Below are positions 1 to 13,136 of a stretch of 64,000 bases of DNA, piece after piece. Position 1 is the first letter of the stretch. Each line of letters starts with the position of its first letter. The DNA lies in the NCBI RefSeq assembly GCF_006345805.1, contig NW_021835987.1, positions 124,001 to 188,000 of the forward strand. Direction: 5' to 3'. The position numbers and the translations under genes are program-made. Below the pieces are notes generated by a model. It ran no database searches. It saw nothing but the letters and a program-made list of their open reading frames with translations, and was not told the origin of the DNA. The DNA comes from Octopus sinensis (Eukaryota).

Positions 1-211
1 ACTTGCAACAATATTCAATCATGGGAAAGTGTTCGGGTGAAAATACTCGGGTAAAATTGGGAATCAGAGACCAAGGGGCAGTTCGATGCTGTCTTCAACC
101 TCACCCCTGCAAATCCTGTGTCGATGCTGTTAACAAATTGTAAGGTTCCTTTCCTTCTTTTAGACCTGTTAATGAGATTGAGATGATGGACACACTATAT
201 GGGCAACAACT

Positions 212-442
212 TATTTCTTTATTACCCACAAGGGGCTAAACACAGGGAGGACAAACAAGAACAGACAAACGAATTAAGTCGATTATATCGATCACAGTGC
301 GTAACTGGTACTTATTTAATCGACCCCGAAAGGATGAAAGGCTAAGTCGACCTCGGCGGAATTTGAACTCAGAACGTAACGGCTGACGAAATACGGCTAC
401 GCATTTCGCCCGGCGTGCTAACGATTCTGCCAGCTCGACGCC
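212..442 (-). mobile_element. tRNA-derived SINE family 1
   Basis: B-box GAGTTCAAATTCC followed by gcctttcatcctttcggggtcga...agtacc (resembles the Meta/MESC central domain); flanked by a TSD. Paralogous copies at 21082-21310 and 34734-34963 have an 18-bp TSD (CTACATGGGCAACAACCT). Confidence 0.8.
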
Positions 443-720
443 CTACATGGGCAACAACCTGTCCTCCGTACCACACGGCTCTGGTTGGGGTCATATCGAA
501 TACATTATACTAGAAATATAGAACCGGATATCACACCGGTGAAGAAGAACATAACAATTCAAACAACACAGACTGAACATGCAGATACGTGGCAGAGACT
601 GCCATTTGCACAGAGTACTGTTCAGAGACAGACAACGATGGTCTGATAGGGCAGGAAGTTACGGGCTTCATACATGGTCATTAATTAGGAACTGAGATGC
701 AGGCTCAGCCTTTCGGGTTT

Positions 721-763
<43 letters not shown>

Positions 764-796
764 GTGTGTGGGTGTGTGTGTGTGATATAAATAGTA

Positions 797-827
<31 letters not shown>

Positions 828-1232
828 TAGAAGCACATGCTTCTAGTGAGTTAGGATCTCAGATCAACAGGGCTCTTAACCGATGAGAGTCTCCTGAGCA
901 AATAAATTATCGTTATTGCTGCACAAGAACGACGAAAAAACTGCAGTCTAAGAGGAACCGAGTTAGTAAATGTTTTATTTCATTTCACTAAATTTATCTA
1001 GCTTCATGTGTTTGAGCACAATTCGCCTATATAGATTATATGATAATATATGGCATTGTGCTAGAAATACCAGCGATAATAATTAATTATTTTATCGCAA
1101 ATGACTTGTTTATGATATAAAATAGTCAGAGACTATGAATAAATTCAACAACAATGAGGAACGGCTACGATAGGCCGTTCGACCCAAGAGGCCTGTTTGT
1201 AGCCGTTCCTCAATTGTGGTTGAACATATATA

Positions 1233-1270
<38 letters not shown>

Positions 1271-3586
1271 TTACCATATATACACTCAATTTTCTAGTGG
1301 TGTATTGAGTGTGGATATGACTTGAAACTTCACCTGTTGGAGGGAGACCAGATACAAAGTTTCCGGAGCTTTGATGAAATTCCAATCAACTTTCGGTGAC
1401 TATTGATCCCATATCTACTGTAACTCGTAAAAGTAGCACGTGTTACGGTCCCAATTATAGGTTAATTTCCATCTTAGCAAAAGGGGAGCGAAGGACACCC
1501 TAGTTCCAGTAGCAACTTCCTTCTAGGCTAATGTAAAATCATATAGAAAAAAGAACTCTCAAGTTCTCTCTGTGTCTAGTTGTCTCCATCTCTGTTGTGC
1601 CACTGGTGTTATAGCTAAGGGTTCAATGCTGTGCCACACTTTAAACACCCAGAACAAATCAATGCACAGGGATTTCTGTCTTTTTCGGAACGTTTTCACA
1701 CCATACGGAGATCAAGAAATGATCTTACTCGGTCTCCACTTGACTTCCAAAACGCAAATATATACAGTATACTATAATATCTCTATCACTTTATCCGATC
1801 CACGCAGTACAGATACATAAATAAACATGATAACACAGAAGCAATATCAATCAACTGATCTAGCCACAGTCGCATAACTGGGATCTAAACCGTCTTCAAA
1901 GCAGAGCAGCAGCATTGAGGTTCCAACATAGCGGAACATAACGAAACAGAACTTACCTTTGTTACTGATTACACTAACAACTGTGTTTGAAAACGTTAAC
2001 CACTATCCACTGTTGTCGGTACTATCAACTGATGCCACTGAACTACCAAGAAAAGTCCCCAAATGTTTGAATTGTTCAATAATGATTTCAACTATTACTT
2101 AATCTTCACAGATGTCTCCACCGTCCACTACAGTCGTTACTGCTCTCTTGCTTCGAGTCTGATGCGCAAGACTTCTCCATCGAAGTGAAACTACTTTCGA
2201 TTTATAACAAGCCAATGTTTACAGAATGACTTCTCTGAACACACTTGAAACACATTTCTTTTGTCCTCGGAATCTTTAGAAGGCGTAGGTGTTGTTATTT
2301 TGTTGTTGCTGTTGGTGGCCTTGGTGGTGGTCGTTGGTTGTAGTAGTAGTTGCAGTAGAGTTAGTAGTAGTGATTGTTACTTTCGGGTGGAGCTTTTAAT
2401 TGGGCGTTGATAGGGATGTTGCATTGTGTTGGTGATGATGATTGTGGTAATGTTTTAAGGATATCATTACAGCAGTATTGATATCTATGGTGTTAATTTT
2501 GCAAAAATGTTATGGGTGGTGGTAAGTGGTTATTGGTGATGCGATGTTGTAGGATGGAAGATGTAGTGCTGGTGATAGTGGTGGTGGTAGTTCTGTCAAT
2601 GTTACACTTATTGTTGTGGTTGTGGTCATGGTAGTGGTTGTGGTGGTGAAAGATATTAATGATGATATCGAAGTTGAGTTTGTATTTGTGCCATATTTTA
2701 GCTGTATAGGTGGTGGTTGGTAGTGATGGTAGCGTAGTTACTCGTTTAGCAAAATCGAGAGGAGAAGGGCAAATCTTGTGCCTCCAACTCTTAAAACCCT
2801 AGCTGTAGCTGCTAGAAACACCTACAGCACTTCATGAAATTAGCCAGTGTTTGCCTTCAAGATATATGGCAGGACATCGAATATCTATCAAGCGAAGGGA
2901 ACTCAGCGAGGTCAGAGTGTAGAGTGACAGTAAGCCCCTGTCCTCTAAAGTGTCGTCTATCGCCCACAGCGAGTAGAATTTTTTAAATCAAAATTTATAC
3001 CCCAAATTGTAGGTCGACTTATTGTCGTCTATCGCCCACAGCGAGTAGAATTTTTTAAATCAAAATTTATACCCCAAATTGTAGGTCGACTTATACACCA
3101 AGACGACTTTGGAAACAAAAGAAATTTCTATGTGAAATGCTGTAAGATTTCGGAAGATAGTGACGATGATTAAATGCTTACACTACATGCTTATGCCATT
3201 CACTTTGTCGGATTCTATGCTGTAAAATACGTTACTGCTTTGCTTTTTTCTTTCTCTTTGTGTTAAATGTTGCTTCGAGTGTGTCTGCAACGGACATCGT
3301 AGATTACGATTCTTCAAATTATATCCTCCTTCACAAACACGTAATTATCTCTCATTATGTTCCCCCCTCTTCTCCTCCATTGTCCAATCCCCTTTCACAT
3401 GTTCATCTTTTCAGTACCCTCTCACCTCCACCAGTCCACTTTACCACTCCACTTACATTCACCTTCCGATAGCCCGCGGGTGTTCCCAGCAAAATTTCAA
3501 CATCTTTTCGTTCTCTGTCTGTCTTTTTGTCTCTCCCTCTTTCTCATTCTCTCATTATCTCTCTCTCTGTCAATCATTCTCTCTCT

Positions 3587-3675
<89 letters not shown>

Positions 3676-3878
3676 ATAAATAGATGAGTGTATTTTTACC
3701 TTGTTAATAATTAACACGGAAAAAAAATATAATAGTTTACCAGGGCAGCAAAAATCTCACAGTAAGATGTTGTAACTCCTTGTTTATAAAGGTAGAAACT
3801 TCGTGTTTACGTGGAATATTTTGAATAATATATGAATAAATAAATGGAGTTTAACAAAGGTGTAAATCACATATTTTT

Positions 3879-3964
3879 ACTTTCGACATATGTTTCGAAA
3901 TTTCCACTGATACTATTCAAGAGAATAAATGGTATAAACAATGCAATTTTCTCTTCAGGGAAGT
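3879..3964 (-). ncRNA. Type I hammerhead ribozyme motif (GUC site), copy 1 of 3
   Basis: Same motif with palindromic CATATG stem III; one mismatch in stem I. Confidence 0.7.
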
Positions 3965-6206
3965 GAAAAAAACGAAACTCGTCAATAAGACATTTCAGCA
4001 AAAAAATTATGGATTCGTATAGCGATTGACAGAACGCTATTAATATTGTTTAAAAAAACGTTATATGATATAACGTCATAAGTAGCTAACAGAAAGAGTA
4101 GGGATACCAATAGTGAATGTTAAATATAAATGTTTATATCATTTATTCATATATATATATATAAACGATAAGAAATGGAGCAATAACTGTTAGCGGTACA
4201 TCATGTGTGTTTTAAAATCATTTAATAACGATGAGAATCTGCTTACAGCTGTTTCAGTGTATCAAGCTGGGGTAAACGTACAGTTATTTCGTTGCAATTG
4301 ACAGACATCATCAGAACGATTATATGGCAAATATAAATAGAAGGCAGTAGGAAGAAGATATAAGGAAAGGAAAGGAAAACTGATATATGGAATTATGGAC
4401 CTCACTGAAATTTAAGACTATTGAATCAACTAACATTTTACATCTTTTTTTCCTTGATCTACTTCTAACTGTTATTATTGTTCCCTTTCGTATCGTTTTT
4501 ATATATATATATAAACCACGGTTTTACCTTTTAAATTACCTACTACCGTATACCTTATAACAAGGGTCATACATACTGAGGTATTACCAGGAGCGCCTTT
4601 GGATACATCTATCCTCTGTTTTACTCTTTTACTGGTTTCAGTCATTTGACTGCGGCCATGCTGGAGTACCGACTTTAGTCGAGCAAATCGACCCCGGGAC
4701 TTATTCTTTGAAAGTGACGGGGACGTAAACACACCAGCATCGGTTGTCAAACAATGCTAAGGGGACAAACACAGAGGCTATAGCAAAAGACACTTGCCCA
4801 AGATGCCACGCAGTGGGACTGAACCCAGGACCATGTGGTTGGTTAGCAAGCTACTTACCACACAGCCACTCCTGCGCCTATCCTGTAGATGGTTATATTA
4901 CCTCTAACTTCTATCTTACACAACATATTATGTGTGTGTGTTGGGGGGGGTGTATACATACATTTCTCTCTATCTCTTTCTCTCTCTACTCCTGGCAGAT
5001 TTTTGGTGCTTTCTTCCCCCATCGAAATGCAAAAATTCAAAAACCTTTAAAGTTAAGTTACACGATGTAAGTATTATGCTTAATCTTTCTCTAATCAATA
5101 TCGATTATAGAGTTATTATTTTTATATTCTCCGGACAACAATCGTATTGTTTAAAAGTGAAACCTGTCTTTTCCAGTTCATTAACACAAAACATACAATG
5201 GTACAAGAAAAGGAAAGAGGAACCCTTAAACTTGTATTGTTATAATAAAATCAATTGTTTATTTTGCAAGTTTGTGTTTTTGAAGCTCTGGGATTTTTTT
5301 GCATAATACAAACAGTTTAACTTCACAATTTGCTTCGGTTATAAAATTCATTTCTTTTTCATTTGATTTTGTCGTCATGTCTATTCTTGCTTTGTTTCTA
5401 TTTATTTTACAATGTTGTATCCAACACACGTTTTACAGTTAAAATCAAATTATTTAGCCCTAGGATGTAATATCCTAAGCGATTTATTTTCATCCATATT
5501 TCATGTTATTATACATATTCCCTTAAAATTCATACTCTACCTACTAACCTGTCACCTGAAACATGGAGGGCCTCTGTCCATTGTAATTTTAGCAAAGGCT
5601 ATCTTTCTCCATCAGATTATCGTGATGTCTTTAATTGACAATCATTTTTCTTGCTTTCTCACCAGTCAAGTTAATAAATTAGTGTGTAGTTGAGATTATT
5701 ATGAACTATCACTTATTTCCAGGCGGTGCTTACTGATATTTACTACAGTAATTTATTTAATTCAACCCCCCGTTTAATATTAATTTACTTCATCTATAAT
5801 ATCCCATCAGATTCCCATCTGTGATACTTGTTTCATAAAACATTCGTACACTCTATTAAATATTCTGTATATGAGGGAGAACCCTATATTATTTATTTGT
5901 TGTATCACAGATCCTTTTATCTTCTGACGTCATAGCTATTGCTATGAAATCTATCCTCTCTTTTAGGGATATCATACTCCAAGCCATATGTACAGATCTT
6001 GGTATTTCGAGGACCCTTCACTCTTACTTCATTCCAACCTTAAATATGCCCAGATATTGCATTATAACTTGTACATAATACGTTTATATCTTAATACATT
6101 ACGTGACATGTACTTATATCAAATCAGATCTTCTGAGTTTATATCATCTAGGCGCAGGAGTGTCTGTGTGGTAAGTAGCTTAGACGGAAACTGAAAGAAG
6201 CCTGTC

Positions 6207-6250
<44 letters not shown>

Positions 6251-6700
6251 GTGTGTGTTTGTGTGTCTGTGTTTGTCCCCCTGGTATTGCTTGACAACCG
6301 ATGCTGGTGTGTTTACGTCCCCGTCTCCTACCGGTTCGACGAAAGAGACCGATAGAATAAGTACTGGGCTTACAAAGAATAAGTCCCGGGGTCGATTTGC
6401 TCAACTAAAAGGCGGTGCTCCAGCATGGCTGCAGTCAAATGACTGAAACTAGTAATAGAATAAAAGGATAAAAGTATATGTGTATGTGTGTGTATGTTAG
6501 TGTGTATGCTTTTGTGTGTGTGTGTGTGTGTGTGTGTTTGAGCGTGCTTGCCCGTACGGGCGTGTGTGTGTGTGTGTAATTTACCGTATATATGTATATG
6601 TAAATAAACCTGCATTTGTTTTGTTGACTATAATTCTTCGTATGATTTACTTCTCCTCGTCTTTCAACAGCAGCCCTAACAATAACTACTACTACTGCTG

Positions 6701-6750
<50 letters not shown>

Positions 6751-6766
6751 GCTGCTGCTACTACTG

Positions 6767-6817
<51 letters not shown>

Positions 6818-7373
6818 ATCTACCATCACTACCAACCACCACCTATACAGCTAAAATATGGCACAACTATAAACTCAATTTCGATATCATCATTAATATC
6901 TTTCACCATGACCACAACCACAACAATAACTGTAACATTGACGAACTACCACACCACTATCACCAGCACTACATCTACCATCCTACAACATCGCATCACC
7001 ATAACACTACTACACCACTACCACCATCTAACCACCACTCTCATGACCCACATTAATTAATTTCTTCCCTCAAAGAGGTCCCGATGTATCTACGTTACGG
7101 AATGAAGGGGTGGGGGTTAGGGTTCGTTTTTAGGGTTAAGGTTAGCGCAAGTTTTTGGAGTTAGTTAGAGTAAGGGAGTCATTACCTTGTAAAATGTTTT
7201 GTACGTAACACCTATATTTAAGTAGTACCTATTTCTTTACTACCCACAAGGGGCTAAACATGGAGGAGACAAACAAGGACAGACAAACGGACTGAGTCCA
7301 TAATATCGACCCCAGTGCGTAACTGGTACTTATTTAATCCACCCCGAAAGAATGAAAGCAAGGTAGACCTCGG

Positions 7374-8117
7374 GGTTAATATAGGGCGTTACGATTATCA
7401 GAAAATAAAAAAAAAATGTGTGTAATAGGTGTAAAACAACTTCCTATGAACGAATATGAAAAACAAATTCGCGCACGCGAAAGGGGGTGGGGGAGAGGCC
7501 TCGGAAATTCACATCGGGACGTTCTAAAGCGTCTGAGGAGCTGACCGGGCACCAAAACAAAAAAAAAATAGTGTAATATGTGTAAAACAACTTGCTCTAA
7601 ACGACTATCATGAAAAAAAGCGCTCTCGCGAAAGAGGGGTGGGGGGAGAGCCTCGGAAAATTTATATCGGGAATTTCCGAAGCGTCTGAACCGGGCACAA
7701 AAACAAAAACAAAAACAGCGTAATGATTCATGTGATGTGTGTTCTTGATACTCGTTTAGAACAAGTAGTTTACACCAATTACACTATTTTTTTCTTAGTT
7801 TAAAGGCCGTGGACTGAAGATGTGAAATTCCGAAGCCTCTCCCCACCCCCCTTTCGTGAGCGCGCATTGTTTCATGATAGTCGTTTAGAGCAAGTTGTTT
7901 TACACATATTACACTATTTTGTTTTTGTTTTGGTGCCCGGGTCAGCCCCTCAGACGCTTTCGGAACTTCCCGATGTGAATTTTCCGAGGCCTCTCCCCCA
8001 CCCCCCTTTCGCGTGCGCGAATTTTTTTTTTCATATTCGTTCATAGGAAGTTGTTTTACACCTATTACACACATTTTTTTTTTGATTTTCTGATAATCGT
8101 AACGCCCTATATTAACC
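7374..8117. mobile_element. Non-autonomous foldback/MITE-like DNA element with long TIRs and 8-bp TSD
   Basis: Termini GGTTAATATAGGGCGTTACGATTATCAGAAAAT and its reverse complement; TSD GACCTCGG at 7366-7373 and 8118-8125; internal ~120-bp subrepeats; inserted in a SINE whose counterparts at 48180-48410 and 56060-56295 are empty. Confidence 0.85.
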
Positions 8118-8910
8118 GACCTCGGCAGAATTTGAACTCAGAACGTCGCGGCAGACGAAATACGGATATGCATTTCGCCCGCCCTGTTAACGGTTCTGCC
8201 AGCTCGACCGCCAACTTGTGTAAATATTGGTTTAGTGGAACAGAGTATTGGGAAACCGTGAATAAGGTGCAGGATTCGAGTATTTGTCGGAAAATGTTTT
8301 CTTCTTGTCTTCTAATAGTAATTAGCCAAATTTCGAGGTTCTTCTCAGAGCTATCCCACATTCAAAAATTATACGGGTATTTTTAAAATTTCCATTCAAT
8401 AAATAATAAATTACGCATTATATTAATTGAATAAACTGTCGGTTTTCCAAATAGCAAATAAAAATTTTAAATAGTAAGTGAGAGGCATTGCAAATGAGAA
8501 TGGAATACTCTTCAGTCAATGCAAAGAATACTTAAATTTGTGATTAATTGGACGCAGGGAATGCAAAGAATATTTAATTTGTGATTAACTGACACAGTGA
8601 ATGCAATGAATATTTAAATTGCGAGAAATGAGAGTTGAAAAATACTTCAAGAAACTTGAGAAATGGAAGTTATAGAAAATTCTTTAAAATAGTTCCAGAC
8701 AATTTAGTCCTTTAATAATTGCAGTTTTTTTTTAGTACTTTAATAATCGTTACATGCCTAATTAATAAGAAGTTTTTCTCCATGTAGTATAGATAGTTTC
8801 AGATAATCTTCATTTGCTGGCAGTTTTCGCACAATACAGAGACAAGTCCTCAAATATCTACACACACGCACACATTCACACAACTTATGTATATATATAT
8901 ATATATATAT

Positions 8911-8947
<37 letters not shown>

Positions 8948-9092
8948 CTGGAGACACTCGTAAGCTGGAAAAACACAGCTCTGTATCTCTCTGTCGCTCT
9001 TTCTCTCTTTCTTTCTCTCTCTGTCTGTAGAAAAAGAGAATGAAAATCACAACTCAAAAGACCGATGTTGGATAGAATATTTGTATGGATTC

Positions 9093-9098
9093 TTTATT
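9093..9098 (-). promoter_or_regulatory. Candidate polyadenylation signal of gene A
   Basis: AATAAA on the minus strand ~110 nt after the stop; conserved at the equivalent position in gene B. Confidence 0.55.
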
Positions 9099-9206
9099 AA
9101 CAGGTAATACTTGACTTATGCGGATCACCAGTGGTGGTCAGCTGGATTAGATGAACGTTAACAACATCAATAGTATCAATGGGTATCATGTGCTGTGTTA
9201 GTTCTG

Positions 9207-9253
9207 CTACCTCAGGCGGATGAATATGGCCATGAAGTCTGCTAATGCATAAC
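9207..9253 (-). CDS. Gene A coding exon 5 (terminal)
   Basis: TTGCAG acceptor; (G)YALADFMAIFIRLR-TAG. Spliced CDS 849 nt = 282 aa with no frameshift or internal stop. Confidence 0.85.
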
Positions 9254-9519
9254 CTGCAAGTAACAATAACAACATCAATAACAAAAGGAATTCAAATATA
9301 TCGTGGGAGGACTTTATAGGTGGTCACTCGAATTACTAGAAATGGCAGCCCAATCTCTGCATCGTTTTGTGGGTCGGTCACTGTTGGAACGCCTTTGAAT
9401 ATAAATCAGTTGAATCAAGGCTGATTGGCCGCTAAACAATAAGTACAAAATTAACATTTAGTACTACTACTCACAGTAAGACAAACGCACACAAACACAG
9501 AAGATACAATATCACTTAC

Positions 9520-9680
9520 CGTTGTTCCATACGACTTTCGATTTTGTATCAGAATAACGAATTAAAGGGTAGTATTCTGAATTTTCGTACTGACAGTCAA
9601 GTGGTCCCTCATTGATGGTCAACCAGCCTCTGTCCCCGTCACAATTATCATGTATTGTTATATAGAAGCGACGATTAAAC
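9520..9680 (-). CDS. Gene A coding exon 4
   Basis: Polypyrimidine-TAG acceptor, GTAAGT donor, 161 nt, phase 2->1; (K)FNRRFYITIHDNCDGDRGWLTINEGPLDCQYENSEYYPLIRYSDTKSKVVWNN. Confidence 0.88.
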
Positions 9681-9829
9681 CTAAGGAGTTAGAAAAAGAA
9701 AAAAAACTTGTTTGGGTTTCAGAATATGAAAATCTAAACTTCTAGAAAACATACCATTATGTCTGCTATATGCAGTTAAATCAATCAGAATTTAATTAAA
9801 ATAGACATCTGTGTATCATACTTAATGTA

Positions 9830-10235
9830 TAAACACACTCGCGATAGACTATTCACTGAAGTATTTTTCCTGAAATAGCATGTATTATGGATTTGCTGTC
9901 TATCGGATAGACACCGAAATTCGTTCCAGCAGCGGCCAGAGAGAGCAAAAGATGTTATTTCAGGACACACATATTGCAGTAACTGCCTGTCGAGAGTGTA
10001 ATATACGTTATGTATGCTACATAGATGTTAGATAAACACACTCGCGATAGACTATTCACTGAAGTATTTTTCTGAAATAGCATGTATTAATGGATTTGCT
10101 GTTATCGATGACAACAAAAAACCGAAATTCGTTCCAGCAGCGGCCAGGAAGCAAAAGATGTTATTTCAGGACACACATATTGCAGTAACTGCCCTGTCGA
10201 GAGTGTATATACGTTATGTATGCTACATAGATGTT
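9830..10235 (+). repeat. ~200-bp tandem duplication in gene A intron 3 (single copy in gene B, ~46390-46590)
   Basis: acactcgcgatagactattcactgaag...atagatgttaga occurs twice; the second copy has several 1-bp indels. Confidence 0.75.
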
Positions 10236-10879
10236 AGAATGGCAGTGGCAGCCCACAGGCCCGTCTATAGATTCCATTTCAAATGAGATCTATCTTACAC
10301 CAAATATGAGTTCGTAAGCACTCACATACATATAAACGACATATATACAGAAATACAGACATACGCAAACCCCCACTCTTACAGGCAGACACATATGCAC
10401 ACACATACATACACACACGCGCGCGGCAGATTTGTTGCAAAGTGAAAATGTAAGGAAAGGCAAAAGTACACACGAGCATACAATTTAGCAAAAATCTACA
10501 AAAACGCTCGAACATATAACGATATATTTCTTCCCGTGTTGAACATCTTAGCAAGCGCGCCAAGGCATGGAAATAAATATAATAGAATGTAATAATACTT
10601 AAAAGGAACAGAGACAAGTAAATATAATTATAGTATTCATTTTAAGGTGAATGTATATTTTCGTGTTTCGCACTTTAAAACATGCCTTTTGACGCGAAAG
10701 CCAGGAAACTACACAATTGGTTAAGAGAAAGCACGTGTGGTGTTGAAAATACAAAAATGTATGAGTAAGAGATAAAGAGTCTCTAGCAGCGGCAGTGGGG
10801 TTGCTAAATCAGTATTTCTGTTTTTGTTTTTTTTTTAATATCGGCGCAGGTGTGGTTGTGTGGTAAGTAGCTTGTTTAC

Positions 10880-13136
10880 AGGTTGCTTCTGCGCATGTGC
10901 GAGTCAGTGTTGTGTTTGGCACTGAAGCGGTGAAGACGTGCTTTTGAAGCCGTCTTGAATTGAAAATTTTTGAAGCCCCATTGTAAGGTAAGATTCTGTT
11001 TTCTGGGTCCAGTGGGAATTTTTGTTGAAAATTGTTTTTTACAGGCAGGAAGTCCTACTGGATTCAGAATTCTGATTCTGCCGACATGGGGCAAATATAT
11101 TTTTCTCGCTGAATTGTGAGAATTTGGGGGGGGGGCGTATTCGTCTTCGATAATTGAGTGAATATTTTTCTCACCTAATTATGAGAATTGTATTGTGCTG
11201 TGAAGAAATTTAAGAATTGTGAGAACTGTTATATAGGGGAGTGTTTTGCCTCCGAAGTTTGAACAATTTTTACCAATTTTACACCAATTTTTGTGGAAGT
11301 TGTGTTCCAGTAGCGGCGTTCCGGGTTCAATTTAGGCCGGGAGTACCGAATGGCCAGAAGATTTTTTGCTGTGTTATTGACTTTCTTTTGAACTTTATTT
11401 GACTTTCTCCTTTTTTGTTTATTGTGACTTTCTTCTGATTTCTTTTTCTTCTCGCTTTTTAAGTTTTATTTTGAATATATTTAAAAAAAGAAAAAAAAAA
11501 CATGGCAATGAAAAATGACAAAAGTTTGGAATGGGAGATCATACCGCCTAAAAAGTAGTAAAAAGACCGTGAAGATAGGACGGTGGTGTTGAGAACCTAC
11601 TACAAGGCACTCGACACCATCGCCCTGTTCGAAAAGACGGCAATTGAAAAGGAGTTGGCAGAGTATTTGCCAACAATTAAATTCATTTCCAGGGGTGTCA
11701 AATATGCAACGGTGTGGTTGCTATTTGACACCCCTGAAGAGGCTTGCAAATTTGCTAGTAAACCCCTGGAGGGTAAGGAAATTTTATTCCTGCCCACGTA
11801 GCAAAAAAAAGAGACTGATGAAAGCTTGGATTTGCGGGCTGCCACCCAGGATAGAACCCAAGTGGATAGTGGACACTATCCGCCGGGGTCTGGGTAGCAG
11901 CGAAACTAAGCTCCTTAATGTAAAAGTTCTTCCTGCGGCTGCTTGGTTTGGGTCAAAAGCAATTTTGACCCTTTGGACCCAATCAGCCAATTTGGCTCTT
12001 CCAGATTTTTTGAAAATGGCCGGGTGCAGGTACCCGGTGATGCTTGAGGGTCGCCTCCCTAAGTGTCATTGGTGCTTGGAGTCCAGCCATATAAAGAAGA
12101 ACTGTACACGGGAACAAAATAGGATCCCGGAACAGTTAAGTGAAACCCCTGTAGAATAGGGAATGATAACGGCCGAGGAAGCAGAGGACTCCACAAACAG
12201 AGGCCGAAAGAGGAAGGTGAGCAACAATGGGTGCTCACCAAAGGATACTAGGGATGAGGAGGGAAAGGCGAATCTTCCGGCTACGGAGGAGACGCACCCT
12301 CCCTCAGTTGAAAAGAAAAAATGAAGAAGAGGAAGAGAAACGGGACATTACCGGTTGTCGGTGATATAGTACCGGAATGTCCCGGAACTACGTCGGTTGG
12401 GGTTGTGCCACCGACAGGAGACTAAACACCGTTGGCGGGAACTGTGCCGCCAACGAAAGAATTGAATATCCCGCACCCGAGCAAAAACGATGTATTGATA
12501 CTCTTCCATAGAGGCGGAGAGATTGAAAAGGTGATGGAAAAGCACCACAAGGGAGCACCTTTAGCCTTCACACAGGACCCCGAATGGCCTCCGCAGGTAG
12601 CTGTGGAGGCCGTGGCGTTCGACGTGACGCTTGGGCTGAAGGAGCTCAATGAGGATTATAGCTTGGTTCCGGGCGACGCTAACTCGGAACTCGATTACAT
12701 TCTGAGGGAGGCGTGGTGGATGGTGGAGGATGCGGGCACAAGTTATTTTGAGGACGAGTCATAAATTGTGATACGACTTGAGGGCCCCGACCTACAGCTG
12801 GCGCATTCCTAAGGGAAGTGTAAGCCAGGTCTGGGAGGTGGGGCTTTGTCTATTGTATTTATATCACATGTAATTATTGAACCATATTGTTGTTAGTAAT
12901 GGACTGTTAAGTCCAAAAATTGAAAAGTTGTAAAAATTGTAAGAGGTTTAATACCTCGTTTTGTGTTTGTTTTTAAAAGAATAATGTTTTAGAGAAGCAG
13001 AAGTCGGCGGGCGCTTCTTGTCTTCTCACATCCCCATCATCCTTCTTTCATTATCATTCATTTCATTAATGTCCTCGTCCAGCCCGCAAAGCTAACTTAC
13101 TCTATGTACTGCCTTAATGGCAAATGTTATGAAAGA
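10880..13136 (+). mobile_element. ORF1-only L1/Tx1-like (HAL1-like) retroelement, decayed
   Basis: 15-bp TSD AAGTAGCT(T/G)GTTTAC at 10865-10879 and 13137-13151; empty site in the gene B arm (~45750); disrupted gag-like ORF with zinc knuckle KCHWCLESSHIKKNC; no RT or endonuclease detected. Confidence 0.75.
11502..12764 (+). pseudogene. Disrupted ORF1 (gag-like, CCHC zinc knuckle) of the above element
   Basis: Segments ...LRTYYKALDT...LFLPT*, ...WICGLPPRIEPKW...YPVMLEGRLPKCHWCLESSHIKKNC... and an acidic tail, split by stops and frameshifts. Confidence 0.65.

Larger units (their letters stand above)
1..6830 (+). repeat. Direct-repeat copy of 20869-27910 (offset ~20.87 kb)
   Basis: Position 1 matches 20869; duplicated ORF pairs in the track (1572/22469, 4499/24818, 4744/25084) confirm the offset; indels distinguish the copies. 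Confidence 0.9.

Noticed and set aside
870-960. Possible hammerhead (ctctta..ccgatga...gacgaaa..ctgcagtc taagag)
   Set aside because: The core is mutated (CCGATGA), the stem I register is off and stem III is disrupted; at best a relic.
1572-1820. 82-aa ORF conserved in three copies (1572, 22469, 28839)
   Set aside because: Conservation is explained by recent segmental duplication; it has a non-ATG start, no recognisable motif and no splice partners.
3020-3130. gtcgacttatac-containing repeat resembling a Tc1/mariner-type MITE end
   Set aside because: The partner TIR and TSD could not be identified, so boundaries and class are unsupported.
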